DNA from: an uncultured Halobacteriovorax sp.
GTDB taxonomy: Bacteria; Bdellovibrionota; Bacteriovoracia; Bacteriovoracales; Bacteriovoracaceae
DNA: 64,000 nucleotides
Reading direction: 5' to 3'
NCBI GenBank assembly: GCA_963972815.1
Contig: CAXAXS010000007.1
Location: 11,675-75,674 of the forward strand
Of the stretch, positions 7,793 through 17,688 are shown one piece after another. Under the pieces are notes generated by a model. The model had not been told where the DNA came from. It saw only the letters and a list, made by a program, of their open reading frames with translations, and ran no database searches. The position numbers were made by a program, and so were the translations under genes. Each line of letters begins with the position of its first letter. Within the stretch, counting starts at the first letter, position 1.

Positions 7793-10483
7793 GTGCTGCC
7801 TAAGATGGATCAAAGCTTGCACATTATAAACGTTATGAATGTGCGTTATTTACTCCATAAAGTGCTTACAATCACTTTTGGAACCTTTCTATTTAGTTGT
7901 AGCAATAATATTCAAGAAGTGAATATGGATGAAGCTGCGACTTTTTTAGTATCAGAGATCACGGCTAATTCAGAACTTATCTCACACCCGCAAGTGCCAG
8001 CAATCAAAGAAGCCAGCTTTATCAATTATAAGGCCTGTCTGAAAGATGCAGCCGTTCAAGCAGCCTTAGTTGGTGAACAGTTTAAAGTCGAAATAAATAA
8101 CGAATCAAAATTGCTCACAACTGACGGTGATGGTTGTCTCGCATGGTCAAATGCTATCGTTTTTCCATGGATGAAAAATGAAACGTGGATGAAAGATGAG
8201 CTTCACATCACAGCAACACAAAATCATCTTGGAAAACGTACTGTACAAATTTATGTCAATCCTTGGCTTTCAGGCTCATCCGCCGTTATGGACGGTAGAT
8301 ATAAAAAACCAGCAATCGAAAGCATTTCAAGAGAATCTCTAGTATCAGGCATAGATGGTTTAGGCTCATCAGACAGTAAGCTTAGACTCACCCGACTAGA
8401 CTGGGAAGTTGTCAGAAAAAGAGGTAGGGCCAGTACAACAGTTATTGACTGGAAGTTGAAGGCAACGCCTGTACTTGAGCGACTCAATATCGATGGACAA
8501 ATCAAGCGTGAGACACTCGAAAGTGGCAGTGCTGAAATTAAGCTTACATTAAAGAGACAAAAATTTGATTCTTCTCTTAGTAATTTCTCAACTGAATTAA
8601 TCAAGAGCATCAGCTGGCAAGGCGGAGAGATTAAGCTTCAAGGCGAATTTGTTATTGAAACAGAACTACTACCGGCACTTGGTGATCAGTCTTACTTAAG
8701 TATAGATTTCGCTTTGCCTGGTTCATTACCAAACACAAAAGGTAGCTTGGCCCTTGATGGTATTGAGAATGAAATTGCTCCTGAACTAGTGGATATGAGT
8801 GACATACAGGTTCAAGGCGATATCACTCAAAGTAGTGAAGTTCTCGATATTTTGGGTGAACTCAATATATCTAGCTTAAAGTTAGTTAACGAAAGTGATA
8901 GGCAAGACGGTTACCTATTAGACCAAAATCTAAATCTTAGCATCACCAAGACCTATAGACTTGAGTTCTCTCCCAAAGCTGTGCTTCCGGGTGAGACAGT
9001 GATGGGAACATTGCCACGCGCTCTAACGCAAGGAAGTCTTAATCTAGAAGTCTATCTTTATTCCCCTAAGGTTTCAGAGGCCAACTTCGATGAACCAGAC
9101 CTAAGTCAGTTCTCTTTAATATCAAAAACTAGCAAACAGGTGTCTATTCGTCCTGACGGACTTGTGACCAGCTCCATTAGTTTACCAATGGCCGTATCCA
9201 CGACTCCCCTACTGAGACTTAAAAACTTATTGGTAATCAAAGCAACTCCAAGCGGGAGCATCGAGAACATTCGTGAATCAATTGTATCTGCGAGTGTGTA
9301 CCCTTTGGCCGAAACCAATAGCGTAACAGCTTCACTGCAAAGTTCTTCGCAGATCTACTCAAGTCTTGAGCGAGACTCAAGTCAATCAACTCTAGGGCTA
9401 CAAAAGAGAACGGCCTTATCGCTCGATCTTTACGAGAAACACTTAAAATTTCTGGCACAAGCACAAGGTGATACATTACAGCGAAAAAGCTTAGCTCAAT
9501 TATCACAAGAAAGAGTTTCGGCGAAACTTGTTCAACTTACCAATGGCAGCGCTGCAAACTTTTCGCTAAGTGACCTTAGAACCCTAATGAGCACAAGGGC
9601 CAAGCCAAAGCAAACTCTAGCAAAGTTATGTCAGCAATTTTATGAACTACCATCTACATCGAGAGAGTTTAACTGGGGTAGTTTTGATGACGTGCTTGAG
9701 GGTGGCGAAGAATGGAAAGCCTGTGTAGAAAACCCTAAGGCGTTTTTAAACGTTTCTCCCTCAACTCACTTGATCGAGCTTCTGCAAAAAGAAAGTTTAA
9801 ATGATATTGCGGTAACCAGACCTAAATTCATATCCCAGGCCCGCGGCGATATTTTCCGTGGTGTAGGCTATTTCGCCTCTTTTGGAGATCGCACGAGTGA
9901 GGGTTCAGGAGAAAGAACCGGACGTACGATTGAATCTAATATGGGCTTTCAGTTATCAATTCCGTTTATTTCTAAGGCCGGAATTGGAGACTATCACTCC
10001 TATGCGACTTATCAAGCAAAAGAAAAGGCACAGATGCAAGCCTCTTTTGAGAGACAGTACACACAACAAAAAGATATCGAGCTCGAATACAATCGAATTA
10101 CTCTAGAGTTCTTGGCAAAAATAAAGCGTTGCCTGCATGTTGCAAATGCCCAAGAGAAAAAGAGTTTATTAGTATGTGAAGATGATGATCGACTTTCTAG
10201 AGTTCAAGAGAACTGGTATTTCATTGGAGATACCAGACTGAACAAAATTGGTGTTATTACCAATGCAAATATGGACTCTGATATTGAAATGGCACAGATC
10301 ATTCGCGGCGAGGCGGCCTTTAAGAATATCTGGGGCGAATTTAGAGAAGAGGATCGCGCACTCGTTTTAGAGCGCCTTGATGGTGATCGCCAAGGTATCC
10401 TGCAAACACCTATTACAGAGCAGCTCAAGATTGGACAAATTCCAGTCGGCGTTGGCTTTCCTGGACTAATTACGCCATACTAG
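7793..10483 (+). CDS. large hypothetical lipoprotein (896 aa)
   Basis: Long uninterrupted ORF. Lipobox-like FLFSC-SNN after a hydrophobic stretch, so the likelier start is the ATG at 7835 (MNVRYLLHKVLTITFGTFLFSC). No domain recognised. Confidence 0.6.
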   Translation: MLPKMDQSLHIINVMNVRYLLHKVLTITFGTFLFSCSNNIQEVNMDEAATFLVSEITANSELISHPQVPAIKEASFINYKACLKDAAVQAALVGEQFKVEINNESKLLTTDGDGCLAWSNAIVFPWMKNETWMKDELHITATQNHLGKRTVQIYVNPWLSGSSAVMDGRYKKPAIESISRESLVSGIDGLGSSDSKLRLTRLDWEVVRKRGRASTTVIDWKLKATPVLERLNIDGQIKRETLESGSAEIKLTLKRQKFDSSLSNFSTELIKSISWQGGEIKLQGEFVIETELLPALGDQSYLSIDFALPGSLPNTKGSLALDGIENEIAPELVDMSDIQVQGDITQSSEVLDILGELNISSLKLVNESDRQDGYLLDQNLNLSITKTYRLEFSPKAVLPGETVMGTLPRALTQGSLNLEVYLYSPKVSEANFDEPDLSQFSLISKTSKQVSIRPDGLVTSSISLPMAVSTTPLLRLKNLLVIKATPSGSIENIRESIVSASVYPLAETNSVTASLQSSSQIYSSLERDSSQSTLGLQKRTALSLDLYEKHLKFLAQAQGDTLQRKSLAQLSQERVSAKLVQLTNGSAANFSLSDLRTLMSTRAKPKQTLAKLCQQFYELPSTSREFNWGSFDDVLEGGEEWKACVENPKAFLNVSPSTHLIELLQKESLNDIAVTRPKFISQARGDIFRGVGYFASFGDRTSEGSGERTGRTIESNMGFQLSIPFISKAGIGDYHSYATYQAKEKAQMQASFERQYTQQKDIELEYNRITLEFLAKIKRCLHVANAQEKKSLLVCEDDDRLSRVQENWYFIGDTRLNKIGVITNANMDSDIEMAQIIRGEAAFKNIWGEFREEDRALVLERLDGDRQGILQTPITEQLKIGQIPVGVGFPGLITPY

Positions 10484-10487
10484 GCAC

Positions 10488-11159
10488 ATGATTACACTGC
10501 ACCACCTTGAAAACTCTCGCTCTCATCGTATCCTCTGGCTTTTAGAAGAGCTTGAGCTCAAGTATGAGGTCATAGAATATAAGCGCAATAAGCTGACAAT
10601 GTTGGCACCTAAAGAGCTCAAAGATATTCACCCTCTAGGCAAATCACCAGTCATCACCGACCAAGGTAAAACTATCGCAGAGTCAGGGGCGATTATCGAA
10701 TATCTTGTCGAAGAATACGACAAGAAGGAAAGATTTAAGCCTCAATCAAGAGATGGCGCCTTGGAATATCGCTACTGGCTTCATTATGCAGAGGGGTCAT
10801 TGATGATGCCTCTTATGATGACTCTTCTTTTTGCAAAGATAGAGGCTTCTCCAATGCCATTTATCGTAAAGCCTATTGTAAAAGGACTATCAAAAACAGT
10901 CCGAGCCTCTTTTATTACCCCGCAAAGAAATCTTCACTTAAATTTTTTAAATGAACATTTAGGAAAGAATAAATGGTTTTGTGGAAATGAATTTAGCGCT
11001 GCCGATATTCAATTAAGCTTCCCTATCGAATCCGCATCACATTTCAAAGGTTTTACAAAGGATTTCCCAGCACTGATTTCTTTTTTAAAGCAAATCAAAG
11101 AACGTCCAGCTTATCAGAAGGCCCAAGCTGTTGGCGGCGAGCTCAAATCATTCATTTAA
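10488..11159 (+). CDS. glutathione S-transferase family protein
   Basis: 223 aa. N-terminal thioredoxin-like GST signature (SRSHRILWLLEELELKYEV ... HPLGKSPVI ... ESGAIIEYL) and an alpha-helical C-domain. Starts 4 nt after the preceding gene. Confidence 0.75.
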   Translation: MITLHHLENSRSHRILWLLEELELKYEVIEYKRNKLTMLAPKELKDIHPLGKSPVITDQGKTIAESGAIIEYLVEEYDKKERFKPQSRDGALEYRYWLHYAEGSLMMPLMMTLLFAKIEASPMPFIVKPIVKGLSKTVRASFITPQRNLHLNFLNEHLGKNKWFCGNEFSAADIQLSFPIESASHFKGFTKDFPALISFLKQIKERPAYQKAQAVGGELKSFI

Positions 11160-12371
11160 TGATTTACATTTATTATCGGGATCAACGAAAGCTTTACAGT
11201 CGAGGTAAACTTGAGAGTTTGGCTCCCAAGGACCATTGCCTGCAGATGAACGCAAGCAATCTTTAAGGTCTCGACATTCGCGACTGACTATTGTTGTTGC
11301 AGGTCCATCTTCGAATATCTGATAGCCCTGCTGTTCTAAGTTGGCGGCTTGTTCCAGAATTTGAGAGATTTCATGGATACCATCAGCAATAGCATCTTCT
11401 TCTTCCGAAAGTTCTCTGTAACGAACAACGGCTTCCCAACTGCCAAGGATCAAGAAATAGATTCCAAGCCCGGCACTATAAGTTTTTCGAATCAATTCGT
11501 AGCGCTCTCTTACACCTAAGTTAAGGCCAAAGCGGCCAGCCGAATATTCGGCGAGGAAGGTATCAACTTTTGCAAGATTAGCCTCTGATAATCCATCTTT
11601 TAACAACGAGTCTGCTAGGTCTTGTGGCAGTCGCAAACGATTAAGTTTAGGGATTGCAAGTGGTGGCATACCAAACGCGATGGGTAAATTGAATATTGAA
11701 GTAGACAACGATTTGCCTAGCGAAGAATTAGTAAATCTTCTAACGCTGTTTTCGGGGTTTTCCAAGAGTGCATATTTTCGACCGGCCTTAACAAGTCCAA
11801 GCCTTACAATCTCTTCTTGCATTAGCAGCTGTATTGCTTGTGCCTTGGCGTGCTCTCCATTAAAAATAGATTTATAGCGCTCCCAGCGACCAAGCCTAGC
11901 GACAAAGATTTCTGCCCATATATTTTCATAAGCTTCTAAACTAAAGCGCGAAGGTTTATCGAGTTGCTTTAAAAGTGATGCAATTTTCCCACGCTTTAAT
12001 CTATCCATGGCAGCGTAATCGACAGCATCAAAACCACGAGTAACCAAAACAGCTTCCATTAAGCCTAAAGTTTCTTCCATTGTTTCAGGTACGATTTCAT
12101 CCAGGGTCCTTCCATTATTAAGCTCATCGATATAGCGGGCCGTGGCCGAGGCAACATCATCAACACTAAATTGTTTGAGATTCGGTCTTGGTACTCTTCG
12201 AAGAAATCCAAGCCAAGGTGATTTAGCAACACTGGATACAATTCGGAAAGCTTGCATACAGCCGGCCCATAAAGAAGCTGGACTTCGATCAAGTGGACGA
12301 CTTTGACCATGCCAAAGTTGAGACGTACCCAAAACGGTTAATATAATAAAAGCTGGCAAGAGTTTCTTCAC
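11148..12371 (-). CDS. hypothetical secreted protein
   Basis: 407-aa ORF. N-terminal signal-like MKKLLPAFIILTVLGTSQLW and four Cys in the last 45 aa. No family recognised. Confidence 0.5.
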   Translation of the reverse strand: MKKLLPAFIILTVLGTSQLWHGQSRPLDRSPASLWAGCMQAFRIVSSVAKSPWLGFLRRVPRPNLKQFSVDDVASATARYIDELNNGRTLDEIVPETMEETLGLMEAVLVTRGFDAVDYAAMDRLKRGKIASLLKQLDKPSRFSLEAYENIWAEIFVARLGRWERYKSIFNGEHAKAQAIQLLMQEEIVRLGLVKAGRKYALLENPENSVRRFTNSSLGKSLSTSIFNLPIAFGMPPLAIPKLNRLRLPQDLADSLLKDGLSEANLAKVDTFLAEYSAGRFGLNLGVRERYELIRKTYSAGLGIYFLILGSWEAVVRYRELSEEEDAIADGIHEISQILEQAANLEQQGYQIFEDGPATTIVSRECRDLKDCLRSSAGNGPWEPNSQVYLDCKAFVDPDNKCKSLNE

Positions 12372-12557
12372 ATCTCCTTATCGGTAAATACAAGAGAAAA
12401 TTGATAGAGAATCAACTGTTTAGGGCCAAAATAAGTGTCTAAACTTTTGACACTCTAGAGCTAATTCTTCTTATAACTTACTGAAATGACAATCATCATT
12501 TGGCATCATTTGTGCTTCTTTAAATGCCAAAGACTAATTAATGAAAGTGAGCATCTT

Positions 12558-13247
12558 ATGTTATTCAAAAAATTTATGGCGATAAGCCTATCATTCTTAC
12601 TCCTAGGCACGACGACTCTGAGTGCACAAGGGATGAATAAGTGTGCTTTCATGCTGACTAAGCAAGAGCGTATTAAGGAAATGAAAGCAGCGCTTGCCTC
12701 GATGCAAGAGTTGCAAATTGAACGTACAAAAGCGCGTGAAATTCGCGATATGTTAGTCGATACATCTGACTCAAGGGAGATTGCTCTATTGGCTGAGTCA
12801 CTTGATGAAGAAGCTGCAGCTCTACAAGCGGAAGGTAGGTTCAATCGCAATATGGCCATCGGTGGCGGCGTAGGTTCAGTTATACTGGCCGGGTTACTTA
12901 TTAAGCGAATGAAAGCTTCGGCCGAAGGCGCAACAGTTATGGCCAAGCTAATGAGCGCGATTAAAAACTCAAATAAAGCGGCCATTGGTAAAATTCTTTC
13001 GAGTGCTTTTATCGTAGCGATTACATCGACTTTCTGGTTCGGGAGTCGTATGAGTGAGATCAGTGATCAAAGGGAGTTTCTGATCTCTCTTGTCATTAAA
13101 CTTAATGCCTTAAAAGATCTAGCAGACACTATTGTCGGATTAGAAGAAGAGATTGAACAAGAAGAGATTTCGTTTGCAATGCGACTAGAAGAGTTGCGAA
13201 GCGAAGGTCTAGTAGACTACAATCAAGGTGAAATTGTTTGCCTGTGA
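12558..13247 (+). CDS. hypothetical secreted/membrane coiled-coil protein
   Basis: ORF 12486..13247. The internal ATG at 12558 gives a clean signal peptide MLFKKFMAISLSFLLLGTTTLSAQG. Two central hydrophobic segments are flanked by Glu/Leu-rich heptad-like regions. Confidence 0.5.
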   Translation: MLFKKFMAISLSFLLLGTTTLSAQGMNKCAFMLTKQERIKEMKAALASMQELQIERTKAREIRDMLVDTSDSREIALLAESLDEEAAALQAEGRFNRNMAIGGGVGSVILAGLLIKRMKASAEGATVMAKLMSAIKNSNKAAIGKILSSAFIVAITSTFWFGSRMSEISDQREFLISLVIKLNALKDLADTIVGLEEEIEQEEISFAMRLEELRSEGLVDYNQGEIVCL

Positions 13248-13253
13248 GTTCAA

Positions 13254-14255
13254 TTGATAAACGGTGTTCTAATAGAGCTTGAAAAAATTAAAGACCCATA
13301 CTCTGGTTTAGGGCAGTTTTGTTTGCACCTAGGCCAGGCTATCTCAAAAAATAATTCAACGCTATCCATTGCAGCTCTTCAAAGCCAGGACTCCGCCGAG
13401 ACTGGGCTGATTAAAATTCCAGAGCGTCGAACTTGGCATAAGTTTTTTCCACCAAAAGCGAAACTTTGGCATCTCACCCATCAAGACTCACGATATACTC
13501 CGCCGCTTAATTCTCCTTATATTTTGACGATTCATGATCTTAATGATCTTGTTGAAAAGCCCGAACAACGTCTCATCACCGAAGCAAAGATTCAAAAATT
13601 AGTCTCACATGCGCAACATCTTGTTTGTATTTCAGAGTTCACTAAAAAAGAAGTTCTCAGCAATTTTAAAGTTACGACTGATATTAGCGTCATTCAAAAC
13701 GGTGTCCCCTCTCTTTATGGTCATCAAGAGCCAGCCCGGCTGCCTGGTAGGCCTTTCTTTTTTAATATTGGAACAGTTTTAAGGAAAAAAAACACACATG
13801 TTATTCAAGACCTGGCACTGCTTATGCCGGATTTTGATTTTATCATTGGCGGTTCACTCACATCTGATTATGCAAAAGACCTCTTGAGTAAAGAAATGAA
13901 GAATGTTTTTTTCGTTGGCACAATCAGTGATCAAGAAAAAAACTGGTATCTTGAAAATTGCCAAGCGTTCTTATTCCCTTCACTGCTTGAAGGTTTCGGC
14001 ATTCCCATCGTAGAGGCCATGTCTAAAGGTAAACCTCTTTTTCTCTCCACAAAAACATCTGTCCCTGAAACCGGTGGTCCAGATGCTTATTATTTTGAAA
14101 GTTTTGAAGCGACACAAATGAAGCTGATTATAGAAAATGGTTTAAATGACTTTGATGAAAGTAAAAAGAAAAGACTTATTGAGCGTGCCAAGACTTATAA
14201 CTGGAATACGGCCGCCAAAGCCTATCTTAAAATTTACAATGATCTTCTAATTTAA
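13254..14255 (+). CDS. glycosyltransferase, GT-B fold (family 1/4-like)
   Basis: 333 aa, TTG start. C-terminal sugar-donor motif FPSLLEGFGIPIVEAMSKGKP (E-x7-E). Confidence 0.7.
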   Translation: MINGVLIELEKIKDPYSGLGQFCLHLGQAISKNNSTLSIAALQSQDSAETGLIKIPERRTWHKFFPPKAKLWHLTHQDSRYTPPLNSPYILTIHDLNDLVEKPEQRLITEAKIQKLVSHAQHLVCISEFTKKEVLSNFKVTTDISVIQNGVPSLYGHQEPARLPGRPFFFNIGTVLRKKNTHVIQDLALLMPDFDFIIGGSLTSDYAKDLLSKEMKNVFFVGTISDQEKNWYLENCQAFLFPSLLEGFGIPIVEAMSKGKPLFLSTKTSVPETGGPDAYYFESFEATQMKLIIENGLNDFDESKKKRLIERAKTYNWNTAAKAYLKIYNDLLI

Positions 14256-15077
14256 GTATTGCTGTTCAAAGTTGTTTTTCGATCGATCCTTTCGGACATT
14301 CTTCTTTGTATACATATTCAGCTTCACCAGCGTTCGGTAACAGGCTTCACTTACAGCAATGACAAAACCAACCTTCCCCTGCTTCCAGGATTTGGCATAG
14401 ATTTGAAAAAAGGTTCCAAATAGCGTCGCCAACACCACAAAGGCACTAGCATTTTTGCCACGATCAAGTTTTTCTTCAGCAACTAAGACAATAAATCTCG
14501 GTAGCTTTTTGATCCAGTCATCAATTCCATAATGAGGCCAATGTAAAATGCGCATCTCTTTTGGAAACTCTCCCATTTCGGGGTCACCGACTTTGGCCAG
14601 GCGACCATCGATGAGATGCTCATGGTGATTGCCACCGGTATAACGAATATGTTTTGTTTGAAATAACCGTTCCTGATAATCAGATTTTCCATAAGCATAT
14701 TCGATAGCTTCACCTTCGAAGTATTCCGTGCGCACAATACGGTAAAGTTTTTTGGCTTGGGGCAGTTGAATGATTCGAGAAATTTCATTAATCACTGCTT
14801 CAGACACTGCCTCGTCGGCGTCCATCATGAAGCACCATTTGTGAGTAGCCTTCTCAATAGAGAAATTTCGTTGCGCAATAAATCCAGGCCAAGGGTTTTG
14901 GAAAACTTTCACATTCGGATATTCTTTTGCAATCTCTATAGTGGCATCGCTACTTCCACCGTCGACAAGCACAACTTCCTCAAAAGCAGTAAGTGAGTCA
15001 AGACATCTACGCAAGGAGTACGCAGCATTTTGGGCAATGATAAGAACTGATACTGATAGCTTGGACATAGGACTCAA
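14247..15077 (-). CDS. glycosyltransferase family 2 protein
   Basis: 276 aa. N-terminal GT-A signature VSVLIIAQNAAYSLRRCLDSL ... VLVDGGSSD and DxD-like MDADE. Convergent with the previous gene, with a 9-nt overlap. Confidence 0.7.
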   Translation of the reverse strand: MSPMSKLSVSVLIIAQNAAYSLRRCLDSLTAFEEVVLVDGGSSDATIEIAKEYPNVKVFQNPWPGFIAQRNFSIEKATHKWCFMMDADEAVSEAVINEISRIIQLPQAKKLYRIVRTEYFEGEAIEYAYGKSDYQERLFQTKHIRYTGGNHHEHLIDGRLAKVGDPEMGEFPKEMRILHWPHYGIDDWIKKLPRFIVLVAEEKLDRGKNASAFVVLATLFGTFFQIYAKSWKQGKVGFVIAVSEACYRTLVKLNMYTKKNVRKDRSKNNFEQQYLN

Positions 15078-15092
15078 CTTTACCTTACAATA

Positions 15093-15698
15093 ATGCTCGA
15101 ACCAAGATTTATTCGGAGGTCTCTCATGCGCACTGCGCTTTTTTCACTGCTCTTTTTATTCACGTCATGTGGTATTCAATCTATTCCTGAGTCAAAAAAT
15201 GAAGTTGAGGCTACTTGGGCCGAAGTTCAAAACCAATACAAAAGACGTGCTGACCTAATTCCAAACCTGGTTGAGACGGTCAAAGGTTACGCCGCTCAAG
15301 AAAAAGATACGCTCACAGCAGTTGTTGAAGCTCGCGCTAAAGCAACTCAAAGTAATATTTCTGTCGATAATCTAAACGATCAGACTTTGCAGCAATTCTC
15401 AAAGGCTCAGCAAGGCCTATCCAGTGCCCTCTCGCGATTGATGGTAGTGGTTGAAAAGTATCCCGACCTCAAATCGAATGAGAACTTTAAACAGCTTCAA
15501 TTTCAACTTGAAGGCACAGAAAATCGCATCACAGTAGCTCGTAATCGTTATATTGAATCTATCAAGAATTTTAATAATAAAGTCACTGTGCCGCCAAGCT
15601 CATGGACAAATAGTTTGTTCTACCACCATAGCAAAATGCCACAATTTCAAGTCGAGAATCTAGAGCAAGTTCAAGATGCTCCAAAGGTTAACTTTTAA
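15093..15698 (+). CDS. lemA: LemA family protein
   Basis: 201 aa. LemA signature (WAEVQNQYKRRADLIPNLVETVKGYAAQE ... RNRYIESIKNFNN). Lipoprotein-like start MRTALFSLLFLFTSCG if the ATG at 15126 is used. Confidence 0.8.
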   Translation: MLEPRFIRRSLMRTALFSLLFLFTSCGIQSIPESKNEVEATWAEVQNQYKRRADLIPNLVETVKGYAAQEKDTLTAVVEARAKATQSNISVDNLNDQTLQQFSKAQQGLSSALSRLMVVVEKYPDLKSNENFKQLQFQLEGTENRITVARNRYIESIKNFNNKVTVPPSSWTNSLFYHHSKMPQFQVENLEQVQDAPKVNF

Positions 15699-16414
15699 TG
15701 CGAATTTTTCTCTCAATTTTACTTTTATCTTTTTCACTTAGCGCCCGAGAGATACCAGCCCTAAGCGGACCGGTTATCGATGAAGCAAAGGTTTTTACAA
15801 CCGATCAAAAATGGCAACTCTCCAGCGTACTAAAAAATGTTAATGAGAAGTATGGCATCCAACTCCAGGTCTTTATAGCGAGCGACATGGATGGAGATGC
15901 CATTGAGAATTTCTCTATTCGCGCAGTAGACAAATGGAAACTTGGGTCTGCCAAAGGCGACAACGGCTTACTCCTGGTTATGGCCATGGCAGAGAAAAAG
16001 ATTAGAATCGAAGTTGGTCAAGGGCTTGAGGGTGTTGTCACAGATGCTCAAGCAGGAATACTTATACAATCCTTAACACCGTACTTTAGACGCGGTGATT
16101 TTAGCACTGGTATTTTAGTAGGAGTAAATGGACTGCTCGGCCTAGTTGGGGTTCAAACTCAATCAGCCTCTGTCGGTATGAATAAACAAACGAAGAAAAA
16201 GCCAATTGGTATTTTCTCTTTAGCTTTTCTCGTTATCTTTTTTATATTCGAAATGCTCACCAGAAGACGTCGCGGCTCGGCCCTCTTCTATGGCGCCATG
16301 CTTGGCGGCGGACTTTCATCTTCTTCGCGCTCGGGCGGTTTTTCCGGCGGCGGCGGAGGCTGGTCAGGTGGTGGTGGCGGCTTTTCAGGCGGCGGCGCCA
16401 GTGGGGGTTGGTAA
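15698..16414 (+). CDS. TPM-domain protein (YgcG-like) with Gly-rich tail
   Basis: 238 aa. Signal peptide, TPM-type start LSGPVIDEAKVFT, one TM helix, and a C-terminal SGGFSGGGGGWSGGGGGFSGGGASGGW. TAATG junction with lemA. Confidence 0.75.
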   Translation: MRIFLSILLLSFSLSAREIPALSGPVIDEAKVFTTDQKWQLSSVLKNVNEKYGIQLQVFIASDMDGDAIENFSIRAVDKWKLGSAKGDNGLLLVMAMAEKKIRIEVGQGLEGVVTDAQAGILIQSLTPYFRRGDFSTGILVGVNGLLGLVGVQTQSASVGMNKQTKKKPIGIFSLAFLVIFFIFEMLTRRRRGSALFYGAMLGGGLSSSSRSGGFSGGGGGWSGGGGGFSGGGASGGW

Positions 16415-17049
16415 TGAAAAAACTTTCTAAAGAATTCATGGCCGATATAAAAAATCTGGTCACTGACATCGAAGCCAAGAGTACAGGTGAGATCGTTCCT
16501 GTCATTCTTGAAAGTAGTGATAGCTACCCTTCTGCACATTTTCGCTGGGCCTTGCTATTAAGCTTAATCGCACCGGTACTGCTCTACATGTCACCACTTA
16601 CAATAAGCGATCCTATTTGGTTTATGGCCTCTCAGGGCATTGCTGCAACCCTTGGCTTGATCATCGCTTTTCATCCAAAGTTGAAGCGCTTCATGCTGAG
16701 TAAAAAGCAAATGAATGAAGAAGTTTATCAGCGAGCGCTGCAGGCTTATTTCGAACACGGAGTACATACAACCAAAGATAGAGACGGTGTTTTGATCTTC
16801 ATCTCAAACTTTGAGCATCGTGCTCATATTCTGGCAGATATTGGGATTGCTGCTAAGGTTGACGAGCAAACCTGGAAGGCAATTCTCAATAAAGCCCTAA
16901 TCGATTTGAAAAATCGCGACCTACCTAAAGCGCTAACCGGTCTAGTTCGTGAAACAGGCGAGCTTTTGACTCAGGAATTTCCAAGAAACACGCAGGAAAA
17001 TGACAACATCAAGCAAAGTGAACTCGACGACGGGGTGCGTACCGATTAA
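16414..17049 (+). CDS. TPM-domain (TLP18.3/Psb32/MOLO-1-type) membrane protein
   Basis: The ATG at 16414 shares a TAATG junction with the previous stop (the ORF track starts at a TTG at 16408). Two TM helices, then DRDGVLIFISNFEHRAHILAD, typical of the family. Confidence 0.65.
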   Translation: MKKLSKEFMADIKNLVTDIEAKSTGEIVPVILESSDSYPSAHFRWALLLSLIAPVLLYMSPLTISDPIWFMASQGIAATLGLIIAFHPKLKRFMLSKKQMNEEVYQRALQAYFEHGVHTTKDRDGVLIFISNFEHRAHILADIGIAAKVDEQTWKAILNKALIDLKNRDLPKALTGLVRETGELLTQEFPRNTQENDNIKQSELDDGVRTD

Positions 17050-17058
17050 ACTAGTTTC

Positions 17059-17688
17059 ATGGAAAGTTCGACCAAATCTATTTTAGAGGAAACCCTGTTT
17101 GTCTGGTCAGTCATTCACAATACTGTCGTCAAACTTAAAAATGGTTCCATCATTGGTCGAAGCCACCCTCCTTTTGAAGGCGATCAATACCTCGATAAAG
17201 AACATTTGGAGTTTCAACTAGAGGCCGGCACTTGGCACGTCCTAGGCAAAGAAACGACTAACGGTACTCAGCTTAATAACGATGACCTGGACGCTGGAAC
17301 CAAGATTGCGCTAACAACTTTTGATGTTCTTTTGGGTGGAGATCAAATCATTGTTGTCCTAGGAAAAGACCTGGTTAAGATTAGCGAGCGCGAAGAATTT
17401 CTTAAGAGCATCAAACTCACTAGCGACAAGTACGCTGAACAAATCAAGACCATTCAAACAAGATCTGTTGCATTTTTTAAGCTCGAGTATCCAAACTTCG
17501 TTAAATTGATTAAAAGAACAGAACTACAAAAGAAAATTGAATTGGCTCAAGCTAAAAAGCAAAATGATCTCAAGCCTTTTGATGAGCGCATTGCACAACT
17601 TAAAGCGAAGCGAGATAAGATTGAAAAAGCTTGGAATGAAAAAATTAACGAATTTACAAAAGCTGCTTCCAATTTTAAGGACGAATAA
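17059..17688 (+). CDS. FHA-like domain protein with C-terminal coiled coil
   Basis: 209 aa. GSIIGRS...EHLEFQL...W.VLGKETTNGTQLNN matches the FHA pattern (GR ... H ... NGT.lN). The usual Ser before the His appears replaced (DKEH). The C-terminal 90 aa are Lys/Glu-rich and heptad-like. Confidence 0.45.
   Translation: MESSTKSILEETLFVWSVIHNTVVKLKNGSIIGRSHPPFEGDQYLDKEHLEFQLEAGTWHVLGKETTNGTQLNNDDLDAGTKIALTTFDVLLGGDQIIVVLGKDLVKISEREEFLKSIKLTSDKYAEQIKTIQTRSVAFFKLEYPNFVKLIKRTELQKKIELAQAKKQNDLKPFDERIAQLKAKRDKIEKAWNEKINEFTKAASNFKDE

Noticed and set aside
12506-12985. 159-aa minus-strand ORF overlapping the 12558..13247 gene
   Set aside because: It is the Ala/Ser-rich mirror of a Glu/Ala/Leu-rich coiled-coil gene. 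The plus-strand gene has a proper signal peptide and fits the intergenic spacing, while the antisense ORF has neither SD nor a motif.
16257-16539. Two minus-strand ORFs (82 and 83 aa) encoding Pro/Arg-rich peptides
   Set aside because: They are the antisense reading of the GGC/GGT-rich tract that encodes the Gly-rich tail of the TPM protein and of the start of the next TPM gene. This is a compositional artefact with no SD.
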